Below are positions 18,899 through 29,944 of a DNA stretch of 64,000 nt, piece by piece. The DNA lies in NCBI GenBank assembly GCA_019058445.1, contig JAHPZA010000004.1:96001-160000 (forward strand), given 5' to 3'. Below the pieces are notes generated by a model, which did not search any database, was not told the DNA's origin, and worked only from the letters and a program-made list of their open reading frames with translations. The translations under genes were made by a program, and so were the position numbers. The stretch comes from Promethearchaeota archaeon. Its GTDB lineage: Archaea; Asgardarchaeota; Lokiarchaeia; Sigyniarchaeales; SOKP01. The stretch's first letter is position 1, and every line of letters starts with the position of its first letter.

Positions 18899-19897
18899 TT
18901 GATAAGAATGACAATTTTAGTGACGGGTGCAAATGGGTTTATGGGCTCAAATGTTGTAAGGGAATTAATTAATGATGGTGAAGATGTAAGGGTTACTATT
19001 AGAAAGACCAGTGATACTCGAAATATCGATGATCTGGAAGTGGAAAAGGTCTATTGCGACATTCGGGACAAAAAAACTGTAAAAACAGCACTGAAGGGAT
19101 GCAATACTCTTTATCATACTGCAGCCTATTTTGCTCATTGGTCACCCAATAAACAATTATTTTATGATATAAATGTCGAAGGGACCAAAAATATTCTTGA
19201 GGAAGCCCTTTCTCAAGGATTAGAAAAAGTAGTTTATACTAGCACTTCTAATACAATAGGATCTCATGGAGCTGGAAACTATGTTACAGAAGAGGCAGAA
19301 TTTAATGGGTGGGAGGCAAAAGACCACTATGCCATTTCAAAATACCTTGCTGAGATTGAAGCAAAAAAGATTTGCGAAAAAGGTCTTCCTCTAGTAATGG
19401 TAAATCCAACTTTAGTTATTGGGGTCAGGGATCGCAAGCCAACACCTTCTGGGGCATTAGTTGTCGATATAGCTAATGGGGACATGCCAGGGTATATTGA
19501 AGGGGCTATAAATGTTATTGATGTTGAAGATGTGGCTCGTGGACACATTCAGGCAGCTCAGAAAGGAAGGATAGGTGAAAGATATCTCTTTGGAAATGAA
19601 AATTTGTTTGTTGGAGAATTTTTTAATATGATTGCAGAAATTGCTGAAGTTGAAGCGCCAAAGCATAAGATTCCTTATAAAGTTGCATTATTAGTAGGAT
19701 ACTTAAGTCAGGTGTCCTCCCGAATCACAAAAAAACCACCCATTGTAACAGTTTCTCAAGTACGCTTAGGAAAGATGGGTGAACATTTTGATTGTTCCAA
19801 GGCTGTAACTGAATTGGGATTAAAACAGACACCTATCAAAAAAACTATTGAGAAGGCAATTAGCTGGTTTAGAGAAAATGGGTATATAAAAAAATAA
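18899..19897 (+). CDS. NAD-dependent epimerase/dehydratase (HpnA/dihydroflavonol reductase-like SDR)
   Basis: VTGANGFMGS, YAISK, IDVEDVARGH, GRIGERY. Confidence 0.9.
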   Translation: MIRMTILVTGANGFMGSNVVRELINDGEDVRVTIRKTSDTRNIDDLEVEKVYCDIRDKKTVKTALKGCNTLYHTAAYFAHWSPNKQLFYDINVEGTKNILEEALSQGLEKVVYTSTSNTIGSHGAGNYVTEEAEFNGWEAKDHYAISKYLAEIEAKKICEKGLPLVMVNPTLVIGVRDRKPTPSGALVVDIANGDMPGYIEGAINVIDVEDVARGHIQAAQKGRIGERYLFGNENLFVGEFFNMIAEIAEVEAPKHKIPYKVALLVGYLSQVSSRITKKPPIVTVSQVRLGKMGEHFDCSKAVTELGLKQTPIKKTIEKAISWFRENGYIKK

Positions 19898-19920
19898 TAT
19901 CCTGAAATATATATTTGGAT

Positions 19921-19953
19921 GATCGCGAAACGGGTCTTTCACGATCTTTTTTT
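19921..19953. terminator. Hairpin plus T-tract between convergent genes
   Basis: GATCGCGAAA-cgggtc-TTTCACGATC followed by a T run. Confidence 0.45.
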
Positions 19954-20428
19954 AGTAATTTTGGGTCAAATCTAAGGTATAAAATAATTCGTTATGAGTG
20001 TCAGAAAACAAATTCCCTAAATTTGAAACATATTTAAAATTAAATTTTTTATATAACTGTATTGCATTTTTGTTATTTTCATTAACAAAAAGGTATATTC
20101 TTCGAGATTTAATTCCAATTTTTTTAAAAAATTCTTTAACAGCTTGGATTGAAGATTTCAATAGCGCAGAACCAACTCCTTTTCCTCGATATTCCTTAAG
20201 AACAAATATCTCTTCAAATTCAGCAACACCTAAGTTGGGATCTTCTTTAATTTTCCATTGAATTATGCCTATTAATTGATTATTTTTTATCGCGATAAGT
20301 GTATTATTATGGGTGAGATAACATTCAACCCTATTTTGAATTAAATTACGAAATTTATAATGTTTAAAGTTTTTAATTAATAATTCTTTATCATTAGAAG
20401 TAGCTTTTCTTATTTCCATATTTTCCAC
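19952..20428 (-). CDS. GNAT-family acetyltransferase
   Basis: FVLKEYRGKGVGSALL; NKNAIQLYKKFNF. Confidence 0.9.
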   Translation of the reverse strand: MENMEIRKATSNDKELLIKNFKHYKFRNLIQNRVECYLTHNNTLIAIKNNQLIGIIQWKIKEDPNLGVAEFEEIFVLKEYRGKGVGSALLKSSIQAVKEFFKKIGIKSRRIYLFVNENNKNAIQLYKKFNFKYVSNLGNLFSDTHNELFYTLDLTQNY

Positions 20429-20677
20429 ATGCCTTTTATGAATCTTATTTTTTTCTTCTTATTGATAATATTCGTTATTTTAAAAACTGTAATTGAATTT
20501 TGTATAGTCTAAATTACTTCCTGTATAATAATTATCAAGATTTCTATTTTACAAATTATTTCTTCAAATTTTATTTAGCTTTTTATATAAGTAATCAAGC
20601 ACTTAAACTTAAAATTGTAGTAAAAATTTTCCCTAATTAATACAATCAAAGGTACTTTTCTTAAAAGAAGTGAAATT

Positions 20678-21304
20678 ATGGTTCAAAATCCTCAAGCTAC
20701 ATATCAAGCCCTTTCAATTCTAAGAAGTGGAGAAAATTTCAACTTTTATGTGATCTTTTTTCTTGTCGTTGTATTATTCATATATTTCAACGAAATACAA
20801 AAGAAAAATTGGAATGGAATAGCTGCTGGTATGGCTTTTTATATGTTGCAGTGGTTATTTGAAATTTGTAATGCTCTATTTCAACCAGCAACGGGGCATG
20901 CTCTCTGGACAATACCAACTGGAACCGCTTTTCTAATTCTTATTGGGCTTAGCATTGAACTCAGTTTAATGTTTTCAATTGTAGGATTAGCTGTGAGCAA
21001 AATCTTACCAGAGGATCCAAAGGAACAATTCCGTGGAGTTCCCATTATAGTAATTTATATTATAGGTTTTGCTGCTTTTGCGTCAATTATTGAATTTTTA
21101 CTAGCAATGACTCCTGCGTTTGTTTGGGTTTGGGAATACTGGAATGCATTAGCGGTTTTTATAATTATCTACATCCCTTTGTTTTCAGTTGCTTGTTTTA
21201 GCTATTATTGGGAACATAAGAAGCAGAAGATATTCATATGTTCTTTAGCATTAGTGAATATCACTCTTCTAACAATATTTATAGGATTTTTAGGAGTAAT
21301 CTAA
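20678..21304 (+). CDS. Conserved membrane protein (tandem paralog 1)
   Basis: Multi-TM; collinear and highly similar to 21401-22036. Confidence 0.8.
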   Translation: MVQNPQATYQALSILRSGENFNFYVIFFLVVVLFIYFNEIQKKNWNGIAAGMAFYMLQWLFEICNALFQPATGHALWTIPTGTAFLILIGLSIELSLMFSIVGLAVSKILPEDPKEQFRGVPIIVIYIIGFAAFASIIEFLLAMTPAFVWVWEYWNALAVFIIIYIPLFSVACFSYYWEHKKQKIFICSLALVNITLLTIFIGFLGVI

Positions 21305-21400
21305 ATGTGAGATGGAATAATTATTAAACCATTCTAAATTGAACAAACTAAATATATTATAATAATAAAAAAGAATAAAATATCTCTTAATTTGATAAAT

Positions 21401-22036
21401 ATGGTTCATAATCCTCAAGCTACTAAACAAGCCCTTTCAATTCTGAGAAGCGGAGAGAATTTTAACTTTTATGTGATTTTTTTACTTGTCCTTGTTTTAT
21501 TCATCTACTTTAGCGAAATGAAGAAAGAGAATTGGAATGCCATCGCGGCAGGTTTAGCTCTTTATATGGTACATTGGCTTGCAGAAATTATTAATGCGTT
21601 ATGGCAACCATTAACAGGGCATGCCCTCTGGACAATTCCAACAGGGACAGCATTTTTAATCCTCATTGGAGTTGGGATCGAACTGAGTTTGATGTTCTCA
21701 ATAGCAGGAATTGCTGTGAGTCGCTTATTACCAGATGATCCGGAAGAAGAAATTTTTGGTTTCCCTAATAAGATAGGTAGAATAGGAGTAGCGCTTGCGA
21801 ATGCTGCATTAGCCTCAATTATAGAAATCTTTTTGGTAATGACTCCAACATTTGTATGGGTTCATGAATATTGGAATGCATTTACGGTCTTCATTTTCGT
21901 ATATATTCCCTTTTTCTTTGCTGCAGTATATGCATATTACTGGGAGCCAAGAAAACAGAAATTATTTATAGGGTCATTAGCAGCCGTAAATGTTGTGCTC
22001 CTTATAATATTTGCAGGGATTCTACAAATAATTTAA
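21401..22036 (+). CDS. Conserved membrane protein (tandem paralog 2)
   Basis: MVHNPQAT...LRSGENFNFYVI...ALWTIPTGTAFLILIG shared with upstream paralog. Confidence 0.8.
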   Translation: MVHNPQATKQALSILRSGENFNFYVIFLLVLVLFIYFSEMKKENWNAIAAGLALYMVHWLAEIINALWQPLTGHALWTIPTGTAFLILIGVGIELSLMFSIAGIAVSRLLPDDPEEEIFGFPNKIGRIGVALANAALASIIEIFLVMTPTFVWVHEYWNAFTVFIFVYIPFFFAAVYAYYWEPRKQKLFIGSLAAVNVVLLIIFAGILQII

Positions 22037-22122
22037 TCAAATTTATTTTGTTTTTTTTTTTATTTTCAATGAAAATATTTTAAAAAAACCAGCTTTTAGT
22101 GTTTAAAATTGGTTATAGTTTC

Positions 22123-23040
22123 TTAAAGAATTGTTTTTCCTAACGCACTTGTTATTAATTCGACTGCAAGTTTACCAGTTTTATTTGCATAATCTAAAAT
22201 TGGATTTACCTCAACAACTTCCATTGAGGCCATTTTTCTACTTTCTGCTATTAATTCGCATGTTAAATGAGCTTCACGGTATGTTAATCCCCCAGAAACA
22301 ACAGTTCCTGTTCCTGGAGCTACAGAAGGTTCAACAGAATCAATATCAAAACTAAGGTGAAAAGGTCTTTCACCATCCTCCCTAGTAACAATTTTAATCG
22401 CTTTCGCCATAACCTCAGAAATCCCTAATTCATCAATATCTTTTATAGTGAAGATTTTAATATGACTCTCTTTAAGATTCTTTTTTTCTAAAGGATCAAG
22501 TTTGCGTACACCAATTAATACAACAGCATCTTTATTAATCATTGGAAATCTTGCTCCTATATGAGTTAATAGAGGATTTCCAAGACCTAAAAGTGTAGCT
22601 AAAGTCATCCCATGAATATTCCCGCTTTGCGTCGTTTCAGGAGTGTTGAAATCACCATGAGCGTCTATATAAATAAGACCTATTTCCTTATAATGATGAG
22701 TTAATCCTGCAATTGAACCTATTGTAATAGAATGATCACCTCCTAAGATCAGAGGAAATCCACCTGTTTTAACTATTTTTTTAATATAATCCCGCAACCT
22801 TTGACAATGATTAACTATATCTTCAAGAAATCGTAGTTTAAGATCTCCCATTTTACCCGTTTCAAAGGTACAACATGATATATCCCCATCATCAATAACT
22901 TTATAACCCAACTCATCCAATTCTTGATTCAATCCAGCAAAACGAATTGCACTAGGACCCATATCTACACCGCGTCTTGATTGACCTAGGTCATGTCGCA
23001 TACCTACAATATGAATCCTACCTTCATTTAATAATTTCAT
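22123..23040 (-). CDS. rocF: Arginase
   Basis: GVDMGPSAIR, LGGDHS, DAHGDFNTPETT.SGNIHGM, SFDID..P..APGTGT...GGLTYRE. Confidence 0.93.
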   Translation of the reverse strand: MKLLNEGRIHIVGMRHDLGQSRRGVDMGPSAIRFAGLNQELDELGYKVIDDGDISCCTFETGKMGDLKLRFLEDIVNHCQRLRDYIKKIVKTGGFPLILGGDHSITIGSIAGLTHHYKEIGLIYIDAHGDFNTPETTQSGNIHGMTLATLLGLGNPLLTHIGARFPMINKDAVVLIGVRKLDPLEKKNLKESHIKIFTIKDIDELGISEVMAKAIKIVTREDGERPFHLSFDIDSVEPSVAPGTGTVVSGGLTYREAHLTCELIAESRKMASMEVVEVNPILDYANKTGKLAVELITSALGKTIL

Positions 23041-23119
23041 AAGTTAGTTTACATTTTAATTTCTTTAATTAAATAGTAAAATCTAACTATTAAAATAAAT
23101 TAGAATAAAAATTAAGAAA

Positions 23120-24406
23120 TTAGTGATTTTGAGATTTTAATTTCTTTTTGAGTTCCTTGATTTTGGGTTGAAGTAGTATTGCCCCATTATTAATTATATT
23201 ACTGGCTATGAAGGATGTTTCTGTTTCTGCTTTTTGCTTTAAAACTTTAGACTTTAGTGTTAAAGCTTCTAATAATAACGCATTCTCTGCTTCGGATCCG
23301 TTAATTATAACATCAAGCAAATGTAATGCTAATTGTAGATTTCCCTGGTCGACATTTTTTTTTGCTTGTTCTAAAAATTTTATTCCATCAGCAACTTTTA
23401 AAAATTCCTTGGCAATATCTGACGTTCTTGCTGGATAAAGATCTGTTGGATTTCCGGTATCATACCACCCATGGTAAAGCCTATAAACTGCATGAATTGC
23501 AAATTCATAACATCCATACATGGGAAGTAGATAAGGATGGTTTTTGAATTTATCCGGAAAAAGTTCGATCATTTCGTGAAATATTTGCTCAAACCATTTC
23601 CCCTCATTCATTCTTTTTACAATTTCATCGTGGACAAAATACATTGCTTCAGCTGTTATTGATAAAACTTCTTTAACTTTTTCTTTCCCCTCTATAAGCT
23701 CACCATGACCAGGAACTAAATATTCTGCGTTTTTTTCCATCATTCTTTCCATAGCTAATGCCCAATGTTTTGGATATCTCTGAACTTTATAAGGATTCCC
23801 GACATTTGGAAAATGACTCACCATTAGATCTCCGGCAAAAATAACACTTTTTTCTGGCATCCATAACCAGATAGCATCATCAGTCTCACCCCATTCTGGA
23901 TATATTTCGAATTTATAGCCTCCAAATTCAAAAATATATTTATCATTTCCATGAATGATTATAGTTGGATCCAATGTTTCATGGGCAGAAACTTCTACAG
24001 GGTTTTTGAGGGAAGCAAACTGTTGTTGATTTAACCAGATGTGATATTTGTCTAGCATTCTGTATTTTTCGAATCGTCTTATGCAGTTCTCATGTGCTAT
24101 AACTTCAGGCATATCCCATCCTTTTTCCTTAATTTCATTAATGATCGGATCAAATCCAAAGCAATGGTCGAAGTGCCCATGACTATAAATTATATATTTT
24201 ATAGGTTTATTTGTCACTTCTCTGAGATCTCTAAAAATTTTCCGACCAAGAGGTTTCATAGATATGTCAAAAAGGATTAAGCCATCATCAGTTTCCACAA
24301 CACCACAATTCCCAAAACCACCTATTAAGTGGCAAACTCCATCAGCAAAAGTAACAGTCGGTATAAATCCAAAAGCTCTTCTCATTCTTTCTTGAGTTAT
24401 TTTCAT
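23120..24406 (-). CDS. MBL-fold alkylsulfatase-like hydrolase
   Basis: YSHGHFDH, GETDD, AGDL, PNVGNP.KVQRY, VPGHG, GWYD.GNPTDL. Confidence 0.85.
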   Translation of the reverse strand: MKITQERMRRAFGFIPTVTFADGVCHLIGGFGNCGVVETDDGLILFDISMKPLGRKIFRDLREVTNKPIKYIIYSHGHFDHCFGFDPIINEIKEKGWDMPEVIAHENCIRRFEKYRMLDKYHIWLNQQQFASLKNPVEVSAHETLDPTIIIHGNDKYIFEFGGYKFEIYPEWGETDDAIWLWMPEKSVIFAGDLMVSHFPNVGNPYKVQRYPKHWALAMERMMEKNAEYLVPGHGELIEGKEKVKEVLSITAEAMYFVHDEIVKRMNEGKWFEQIFHEMIELFPDKFKNHPYLLPMYGCYEFAIHAVYRLYHGWYDTGNPTDLYPARTSDIAKEFLKVADGIKFLEQAKKNVDQGNLQLALHLLDVIINGSEAENALLLEALTLKSKVLKQKAETETSFIASNIINNGAILLQPKIKELKKKLKSQNH

Positions 24407-24585
24407 AAATATTTCACACTTTTATCTTTTTCTTTAAATTAAGTTATGTAATTAATTAGATGTATATATGATTGTTTATATAGCATCATTTAGATTTGAG
24501 AGACAAATTTTAATGAAATATAAAGATAATCTTTTTTAGCGAATTTAATAGAATAATATGCAAATAGTTTATATTATAGGTTAAA

Positions 24586-25422
24586 ATGGTAAATGATATG
24601 GATTTAAACATCAACTCTACTTTAAAATTAAACAATGGTATAGATATCCCAATAATCGGTCTAGGAACGTGGGCTCTTACTGGAAAAAACGTTTATAATT
24701 CAGTGCTATACTCCTTAGAAGTCGGATATAGATTAATTGATACCGCTGCTATGTATGGCAATGAACGAAAAATAGGAGAAGCTGTGAAAGATACTGATGT
24801 CTCACGAGAGGATATTTTTATTACCACGAAAGTGTGGAATTCTGACCATGGGTTTGAGAAAACTCTCAAAGCCTTCGAAAAAAGCTTAAAAAATCTAAAA
24901 GTTTCCTATGTAGATCTTTATTTAATTCATTGGCCTGTTAGTGGTCTTAGAAACGAAACGTGGAAGGCTTTAGAAAAGATTTATAAAGACGGAAAAGCTA
25001 AATCGATAGGGGTAAGTAATTTTACAATTCGTCATTTAAATGAGTTGCTTGAAACAACTTCTACAATTCCAGCAGTCAATCAATTTGAATTTTCTCCTTT
25101 TTTATATTTGAAAGAATTGATGGATTTCTGTAATTCAAAAAAAATTGTTGTTGAAGCGTATTGTCCATTAACACGTGGGCAAAAGTTAGATAATCCTCAA
25201 TTAAAAGCAATTGGACAGAAATATGGTAAAAATTCAGCTCAAGTTTTGCTTCGATGGGGAATTCAACATCAAGTTATTCAAATTCCTAAATCAGGAAATA
25301 AAGATCACATAAAAGAAAATATAGACATCTTTGATTTTAATTTAGACGATGAAGATATGAAACAATTAGATAATCTAAACGAAGATTTTCGAAATGTTGA
25401 CGATCCAAGCATGTGGAAATAA
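24586..25422 (+). CDS. Aldo/keto reductase
   Basis: IGLGTW, IDTAAMYGNE, DLYLIHWP, IGVSNF, IPKS. Confidence 0.95.
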   Translation: MVNDMDLNINSTLKLNNGIDIPIIGLGTWALTGKNVYNSVLYSLEVGYRLIDTAAMYGNERKIGEAVKDTDVSREDIFITTKVWNSDHGFEKTLKAFEKSLKNLKVSYVDLYLIHWPVSGLRNETWKALEKIYKDGKAKSIGVSNFTIRHLNELLETTSTIPAVNQFEFSPFLYLKELMDFCNSKKIVVEAYCPLTRGQKLDNPQLKAIGQKYGKNSAQVLLRWGIQHQVIQIPKSGNKDHIKENIDIFDFNLDDEDMKQLDNLNEDFRNVDDPSMWK

Positions 25423-25809
25423 GAGAATATTATATAGGTATATAAAAGATATACCCCTTTTTCTTTATGTTTAATTAGAAAATTAGAATAAAAAACGATA
25501 AAAGGTTTTAATAATATCCCCTAAAACCTAATTTCTAAGAGATTTGAGTTTATAACTTTTATTATACCCTTTAATCTCTATTTAAGAGAAACAATTTATC
25601 AAATTAATAATTGTAATTTTTTTCTTTAATTTCGTACTATATACTCGAACATAAATTTAATTATTAGATATGAAAATAGATTTATTTTTTAGTAGCTAAA
25701 ATCAATTTTTAGGAAATTCTAACAAATAAAAATTGGACTATATAAGAGTTTTATCTTATCAAATATAAAATTTTATTGAGTAAATGAAAATTTATGGAGA
25801 TTTTTAATA

Positions 25810-26091
25810 ATGAGTCAATTATATAAATGGCAGTTTAGAGATAATTTTCAAAATGATAGAGAAAAGATAATTCAGTTGCTTATAAGTGAGATAGTGTTTT
25901 TAAACCACTGTCTTAATAAAGCTAAAAAAAGAAAGGAAAGGAAAATTATTAAAAAGACTTGTAGGAAGCTTGAGAAATTATTAATTACCCAACAAGGGCA
26001 AATAGAAGTTAGATTATCAGGGGAAGATTATAACCTCGTAATTTCAATCATCATTCAGGCTTTTAACAAGATAGTAAATAAATTAAGTTAA
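25810..26091 (+). CDS. Small hypothetical protein
   Basis: 93 aa ORF with GGAG upstream. Confidence 0.5.
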   Translation: MSQLYKWQFRDNFQNDREKIIQLLISEIVFLNHCLNKAKKRKERKIIKKTCRKLEKLLITQQGQIEVRLSGEDYNLVISIIIQAFNKIVNKLS

Positions 26092-26139
26092 TTAATAGGA
26101 TTATATAATTCTTTAAAATTAAACATGTATTTCTTCTTT

Positions 26140-27603
26140 CTATATAGGTAATCTTATTATAAACGTTGAACCTTTATCTCTTCCCTCAGATTCAAGTATA
26201 ATTTTTCCTTCATGTAATTTAACAATCTCATTAGAGATATATAATCCGAGCCCCGATCCTTCAATAATAATATCTTTTCCTTGTATTTGTCTTTCAATCT
26301 TCCCGAATTTTTTAAATGCAATATCTCTTTCATCTTTAGTAAAACCAATCCCGGTATCTTTTATTGTTATGTCGATATTAGTTTTTTCTTTGTTCAAACT
26401 AACATAGATTATACCATTTGGAGGGGTGTTTTTTATTGCATTTGACAATAAATTCAAAATAACATGTTCAATTCTAATTTTATCAATATTTATATAAATA
26501 TCTTCATCAAGATCAGTTTTTAAAAAGAGTTCCCTTTCTTTAAACGACAATTCAAAATCATTAATACACTCTTTAACAGTTTTTGTAATGTTAATTCGCT
26601 GTTTCCTCAATTCTATTTTCTTAGATTCAAGATCGTAAACATCAAGCAAATTTTCAGTAAGATTTTTTAATCTAGTTCCTCCTCTATTAATCACTTTAAT
26701 GAGCTTTAATATTTCCTCATTTAATTCTTCTTTGTAAGTGTCTAACAGATATTTGGATGATGTGTATATGGATATTAAAGGTGTCTTTAATTCATGAGAA
26801 GTTCTCCTCACGAAATCACTTCTAATTTGATCAATTTCTTTTAATTTTTCTATCTGTTCCTTGATCATTCTTTCTGCTTTTTTTTGATCTGAAATATCTC
26901 TAATTATGCCAATAATTTTTAACTCACTATCTATTGCCACTAAGCTTCCTATAATAGATACTTGGATATATTTTCCGGTTTTATTTCGCATTCTACATTC
27001 AATTCGTGCATTTTCCCCAGTCTCAAACGTTTTATCGAAACTTCTTTTTAAAAATTCTATATCATCTTCATGTATAATTTCAGATAATTTATGCTCCAAC
27101 AATTCTACTGGTTGATAACTGGTTAATATTTTGATCTGAGGACTCACATAACTAATTTTCTTATTTGAATTTAATTCAAATATCACATCTAAAATATTGT
27201 TTACGAGATTTCTATAATTCTCTTCTGATGCTCTTAAATCTTTTGTTCTTTCTTCAATCTTCTTTTCTAACTCTTTATTTAATAAAAATAATTCCCGCTC
27301 TGTTTCGCTTAATTTTTGCTCAAAAAATGCGGTTATACTTACTACTAATATAATCATTGATAAAAATACTGCAAAAAAATCACCAAATTCATCAGCATCA
27401 TACCAAGTAGTAAAAGCCTCTAAAACTTCACCTAAACAGTAAAAAGATCCCACTGTAAATAAAATTAATTGTAAAAGGGTGGTTGCTTTTTTCTTTTTTA
27501 TAAAAATTAAATAAGTTATAACAAACCCGCCAATAAAAAAGACTATTGCTATTGAATTCACAGTACCTTCTATTATATCTTCAAGATCCATATTGATTAT
27601 CAC
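26140..27603 (-). CDS. Membrane PAS-domain sensor histidine kinase
   Basis: 3 TM, PAS, SHELKTPL (H-box), NLLSNAIK, DTGIG, GSGLGL. Confidence 0.93.
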   Translation of the reverse strand: MIINMDLEDIIEGTVNSIAIVFFIGGFVITYLIFIKKKKATTLLQLILFTVGSFYCLGEVLEAFTTWYDADEFGDFFAVFLSMIILVVSITAFFEQKLSETERELFLLNKELEKKIEERTKDLRASEENYRNLVNNILDVIFELNSNKKISYVSPQIKILTSYQPVELLEHKLSEIIHEDDIEFLKRSFDKTFETGENARIECRMRNKTGKYIQVSIIGSLVAIDSELKIIGIIRDISDQKKAERMIKEQIEKLKEIDQIRSDFVRRTSHELKTPLISIYTSSKYLLDTYKEELNEEILKLIKVINRGGTRLKNLTENLLDVYDLESKKIELRKQRINITKTVKECINDFELSFKERELFLKTDLDEDIYINIDKIRIEHVILNLLSNAIKNTPPNGIIYVSLNKEKTNIDITIKDTGIGFTKDERDIAFKKFGKIERQIQGKDIIIEGSGLGLYISNEIVKLHEGKIILESEGRDKGSTFIIRLPI

Positions 27604-27634
27604 CTAATTCCTTAGCCTTTACTTTTCATTCAAT

Positions 27635-27910
27635 TTATTTTCTCTTTTGATTTAATTCAAAATATTCTTTTAAGGCAGCAATAAATAATAAAATAGCTCC
27701 GGCCAAAATTACTACATTTTCTAAATAATTAAATATAAATTTAAATTCCCCATATTCAAATACTTCAGCAATAAACACAAATATGAGACAAATCAAACCA
27801 GGTACATATTTGGTAAATTCTATTTTTCTATAGGAAATGAAAAAAAGAATACAAATAGCAATTAATCCAAGAATCATAGAATTTAGCTCTAAATAGTTAA
27901 GATCCGCCAT
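27635..27910 (-). CDS. Small 3-TM membrane protein
   Basis: 91 aa hydrophobic ORF between kinase and regulator. Confidence 0.65.
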   Translation of the reverse strand: MADLNYLELNSMILGLIAICILFFISYRKIEFTKYVPGLICLIFVFIAEVFEYGEFKFIFNYLENVVILAGAILLFIAALKEYFELNQKRK

Positions 27911-27972
27911 TTTGATTTACCATTTCTTTTAATTATGATTTTTTTCAATTTATTTTATTTTGGATAAATTAT

Positions 27973-28806
27973 TTATAAATACTTTAATAAAACATTAAAT
28001 TGAGTCATATCAAATGGTTTCAAGAAATACCCCTCTGCTCCCGTATTTTTCAGATTTTTTTTGACTTCTGATTCTGGAACAGCTGTGATATAATAAATCG
28101 GGATGTTTTCGAATTTATTATCTGACTTTATTGATCTGCATATCTCGTAACCATCACTATCTGGTAAGAGAATATCTAATAAGATCAATTTGGGAGTGTT
28201 TTTTTCAAGTAATTGAATTGCTTCATTTCCTAATCCAGTTGATCTAAAAGAATAACCTTTTTTCTTAAAATATTCTGAAATAAGATAAACAGTTGAATTG
28301 TCATCATCGATTATTAAAATATCATATTTTGTTTTTTTCTCTTCCTGTTCATCTAAGATTTGAGTCAATAATTTTTCCATATTTATACTTTTGTCAAAAA
28401 TTTCTTTTAATTTTAATAAGATATCCCAACTTAATTCATTTTTATATTCTTCTATTAAAATTTGTGAAAATCCTTTTATCGAACTCAATTCTTCTTTTAA
28501 ACTATGGGATATTTCAGAGAAATCTTCTAATTTTTTAAATTTCATTTTTGAATTAGTATAGAATTCAACAGATTCTTTAATTAGTTTTGAAAGAGTGGAA
28601 ATATCATTATCATCTGCAAATTTTTTCCATCTTTCTTTTTTCTCTTTAGAAACCAGAATATTTATCCGTTCCTTAGGATTTTTTCCCATTTGCCAATTTT
28701 TAAATCCTTCTGTTATCTGGTTCCGCCATATTGCTTGTTTACCTGTTTCTTTTTCATATCTTTCCATTTCATTAGTTTTTTCAATTTCTTCTCCACTATC
28801 TGCCAT
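27973..28806 (-). CDS. Response regulator with N-terminal RHH-like and HisKA-like segments
   Basis: C-terminal REC (ILIIDDD, LLDILLP, ITA, LKPF); SHSLKEELSSIKGF; RINILVSKEKKERW...LSKLIKESV. Confidence 0.85.
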   Translation of the reverse strand: MADSGEEIEKTNEMERYEKETGKQAIWRNQITEGFKNWQMGKNPKERINILVSKEKKERWKKFADDNDISTLSKLIKESVEFYTNSKMKFKKLEDFSEISHSLKEELSSIKGFSQILIEEYKNELSWDILLKLKEIFDKSINMEKLLTQILDEQEEKKTKYDILIIDDDNSTVYLISEYFKKKGYSFRSTGLGNEAIQLLEKNTPKLILLDILLPDSDGYEICRSIKSDNKFENIPIYYITAVPESEVKKNLKNTGAEGYFLKPFDMTQFNVLLKYL

Positions 28807-28993
28807 TTTCCCGTTGTTGTTTGTATTATTGATTTAAATTATAAATATTATTAAAATAGAATTTATGTATAAATTTTCTTTTCTATATTAATTAATGTAT
28901 AATTAGTATTTATATAATAATTAGTTATATTGGCTATAAAAGCTTTGAACCATAAAAAAAATGAAAATTGCTAAAATTTTCTCGAGTTAAAAA

Positions 28994-29944
28994 TTATATT
29001 GTTGGGGAAAAATTTAGAGCTTCTTCATATGAATTAGACCATTTCCAAAATTTTCCGCCTTTTTTATTATAATAGCACCCTAACCATTGATTAGTTAAAT
29101 CGGAATATATTATTTCAGATATCGCATTATTAAGTTCAAAATTATTGAGATTAGTCTTTAAGTCCAATTTATTGAATAACTTATAAAAAACAATAGTCAA
29201 TATTGAACAAATTCCCGCTGAAAATAGTACATCAGAGGCATAATGCTTTCCTATAACAACCCTCCCTATGGCAACGTATAAACCAAAACTTAGAACAGAA
29301 AATACAAGCATTATCTTGAATTTATTTGAAATTTTTTTATTGGTTATTAGTATTATTAGTGGTAAAAATGTAAAAGCACTAGCAGTGTGTCCACTTGGAA
29401 AACTATCATTTTCAGGATCAGGACCATTAATTATATACCATGCAGTAAATTCTGATTCTGAAGATAAATCATTATATCTTACTCTTCCCCATTCAATTTT
29501 CATTACGTCAACAATCACGTTTGTAAAGAAATACAATAGAATTATTGAAACAGCAATAGAGAGATAATTTCTCCAGTTTTTATTGTATGTTATAATGTAA
29601 AATGTTATTAAGAATAATATTATCATATATGGAACAACCAATCCATCTCCATTGTAAAGGATGTTTATGGATTCTAAGTAAACAACAGAATAAAGTATCA
29701 TAATAATACCGATCTTTCTCTGCATTTTAATATCATTAAAAAGACTTCCTACCAAAATCGTTATACTAACATATAAAAGCGAGTCATCAAGATGATTTCC
29801 ATAATTATTTCCGAAATCAAATATCTCTACGTTTTTATATATAGTAGCATGTTTGGATATTTCTAAATCATAAAATCCAAAAATAGTTGCTAAGAGAGCC
29901 CATGAAGCTATTAATCCAAAAAGAAGTTTATTTATATTCTTCAT
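28994..29944 (-). CDS. PAP2-family membrane phosphatase
   Basis: K..WGRVR, SFPSGH, GRVVIGKHYASDV. Confidence 0.9.
   Translation of the reverse strand: MKNINKLLFGLIASWALLATIFGFYDLEISKHATIYKNVEIFDFGNNYGNHLDDSLLYVSITILVGSLFNDIKMQRKIGIIMILYSVVYLESINILYNGDGLVVPYMIILFLITFYIITYNKNWRNYLSIAVSIILLYFFTNVIVDVMKIEWGRVRYNDLSSESEFTAWYIINGPDPENDSFPSGHTASAFTFLPLIILITNKKISNKFKIMLVFSVLSFGLYVAIGRVVIGKHYASDVLFSAGICSILTIVFYKLFNKLDLKTNLNNFELNNAISEIIYSDLTNQWLGCYYNKKGGKFWKWSNSYEEALNFSPTI

Noticed and set aside
18899-19897. HpnA-like SDR plus toroid-fold neighbour as hopanoid synthesis
   Set aside because: The neighbour is too short and lacks the DXDD motif of squalene-hopene cyclase.
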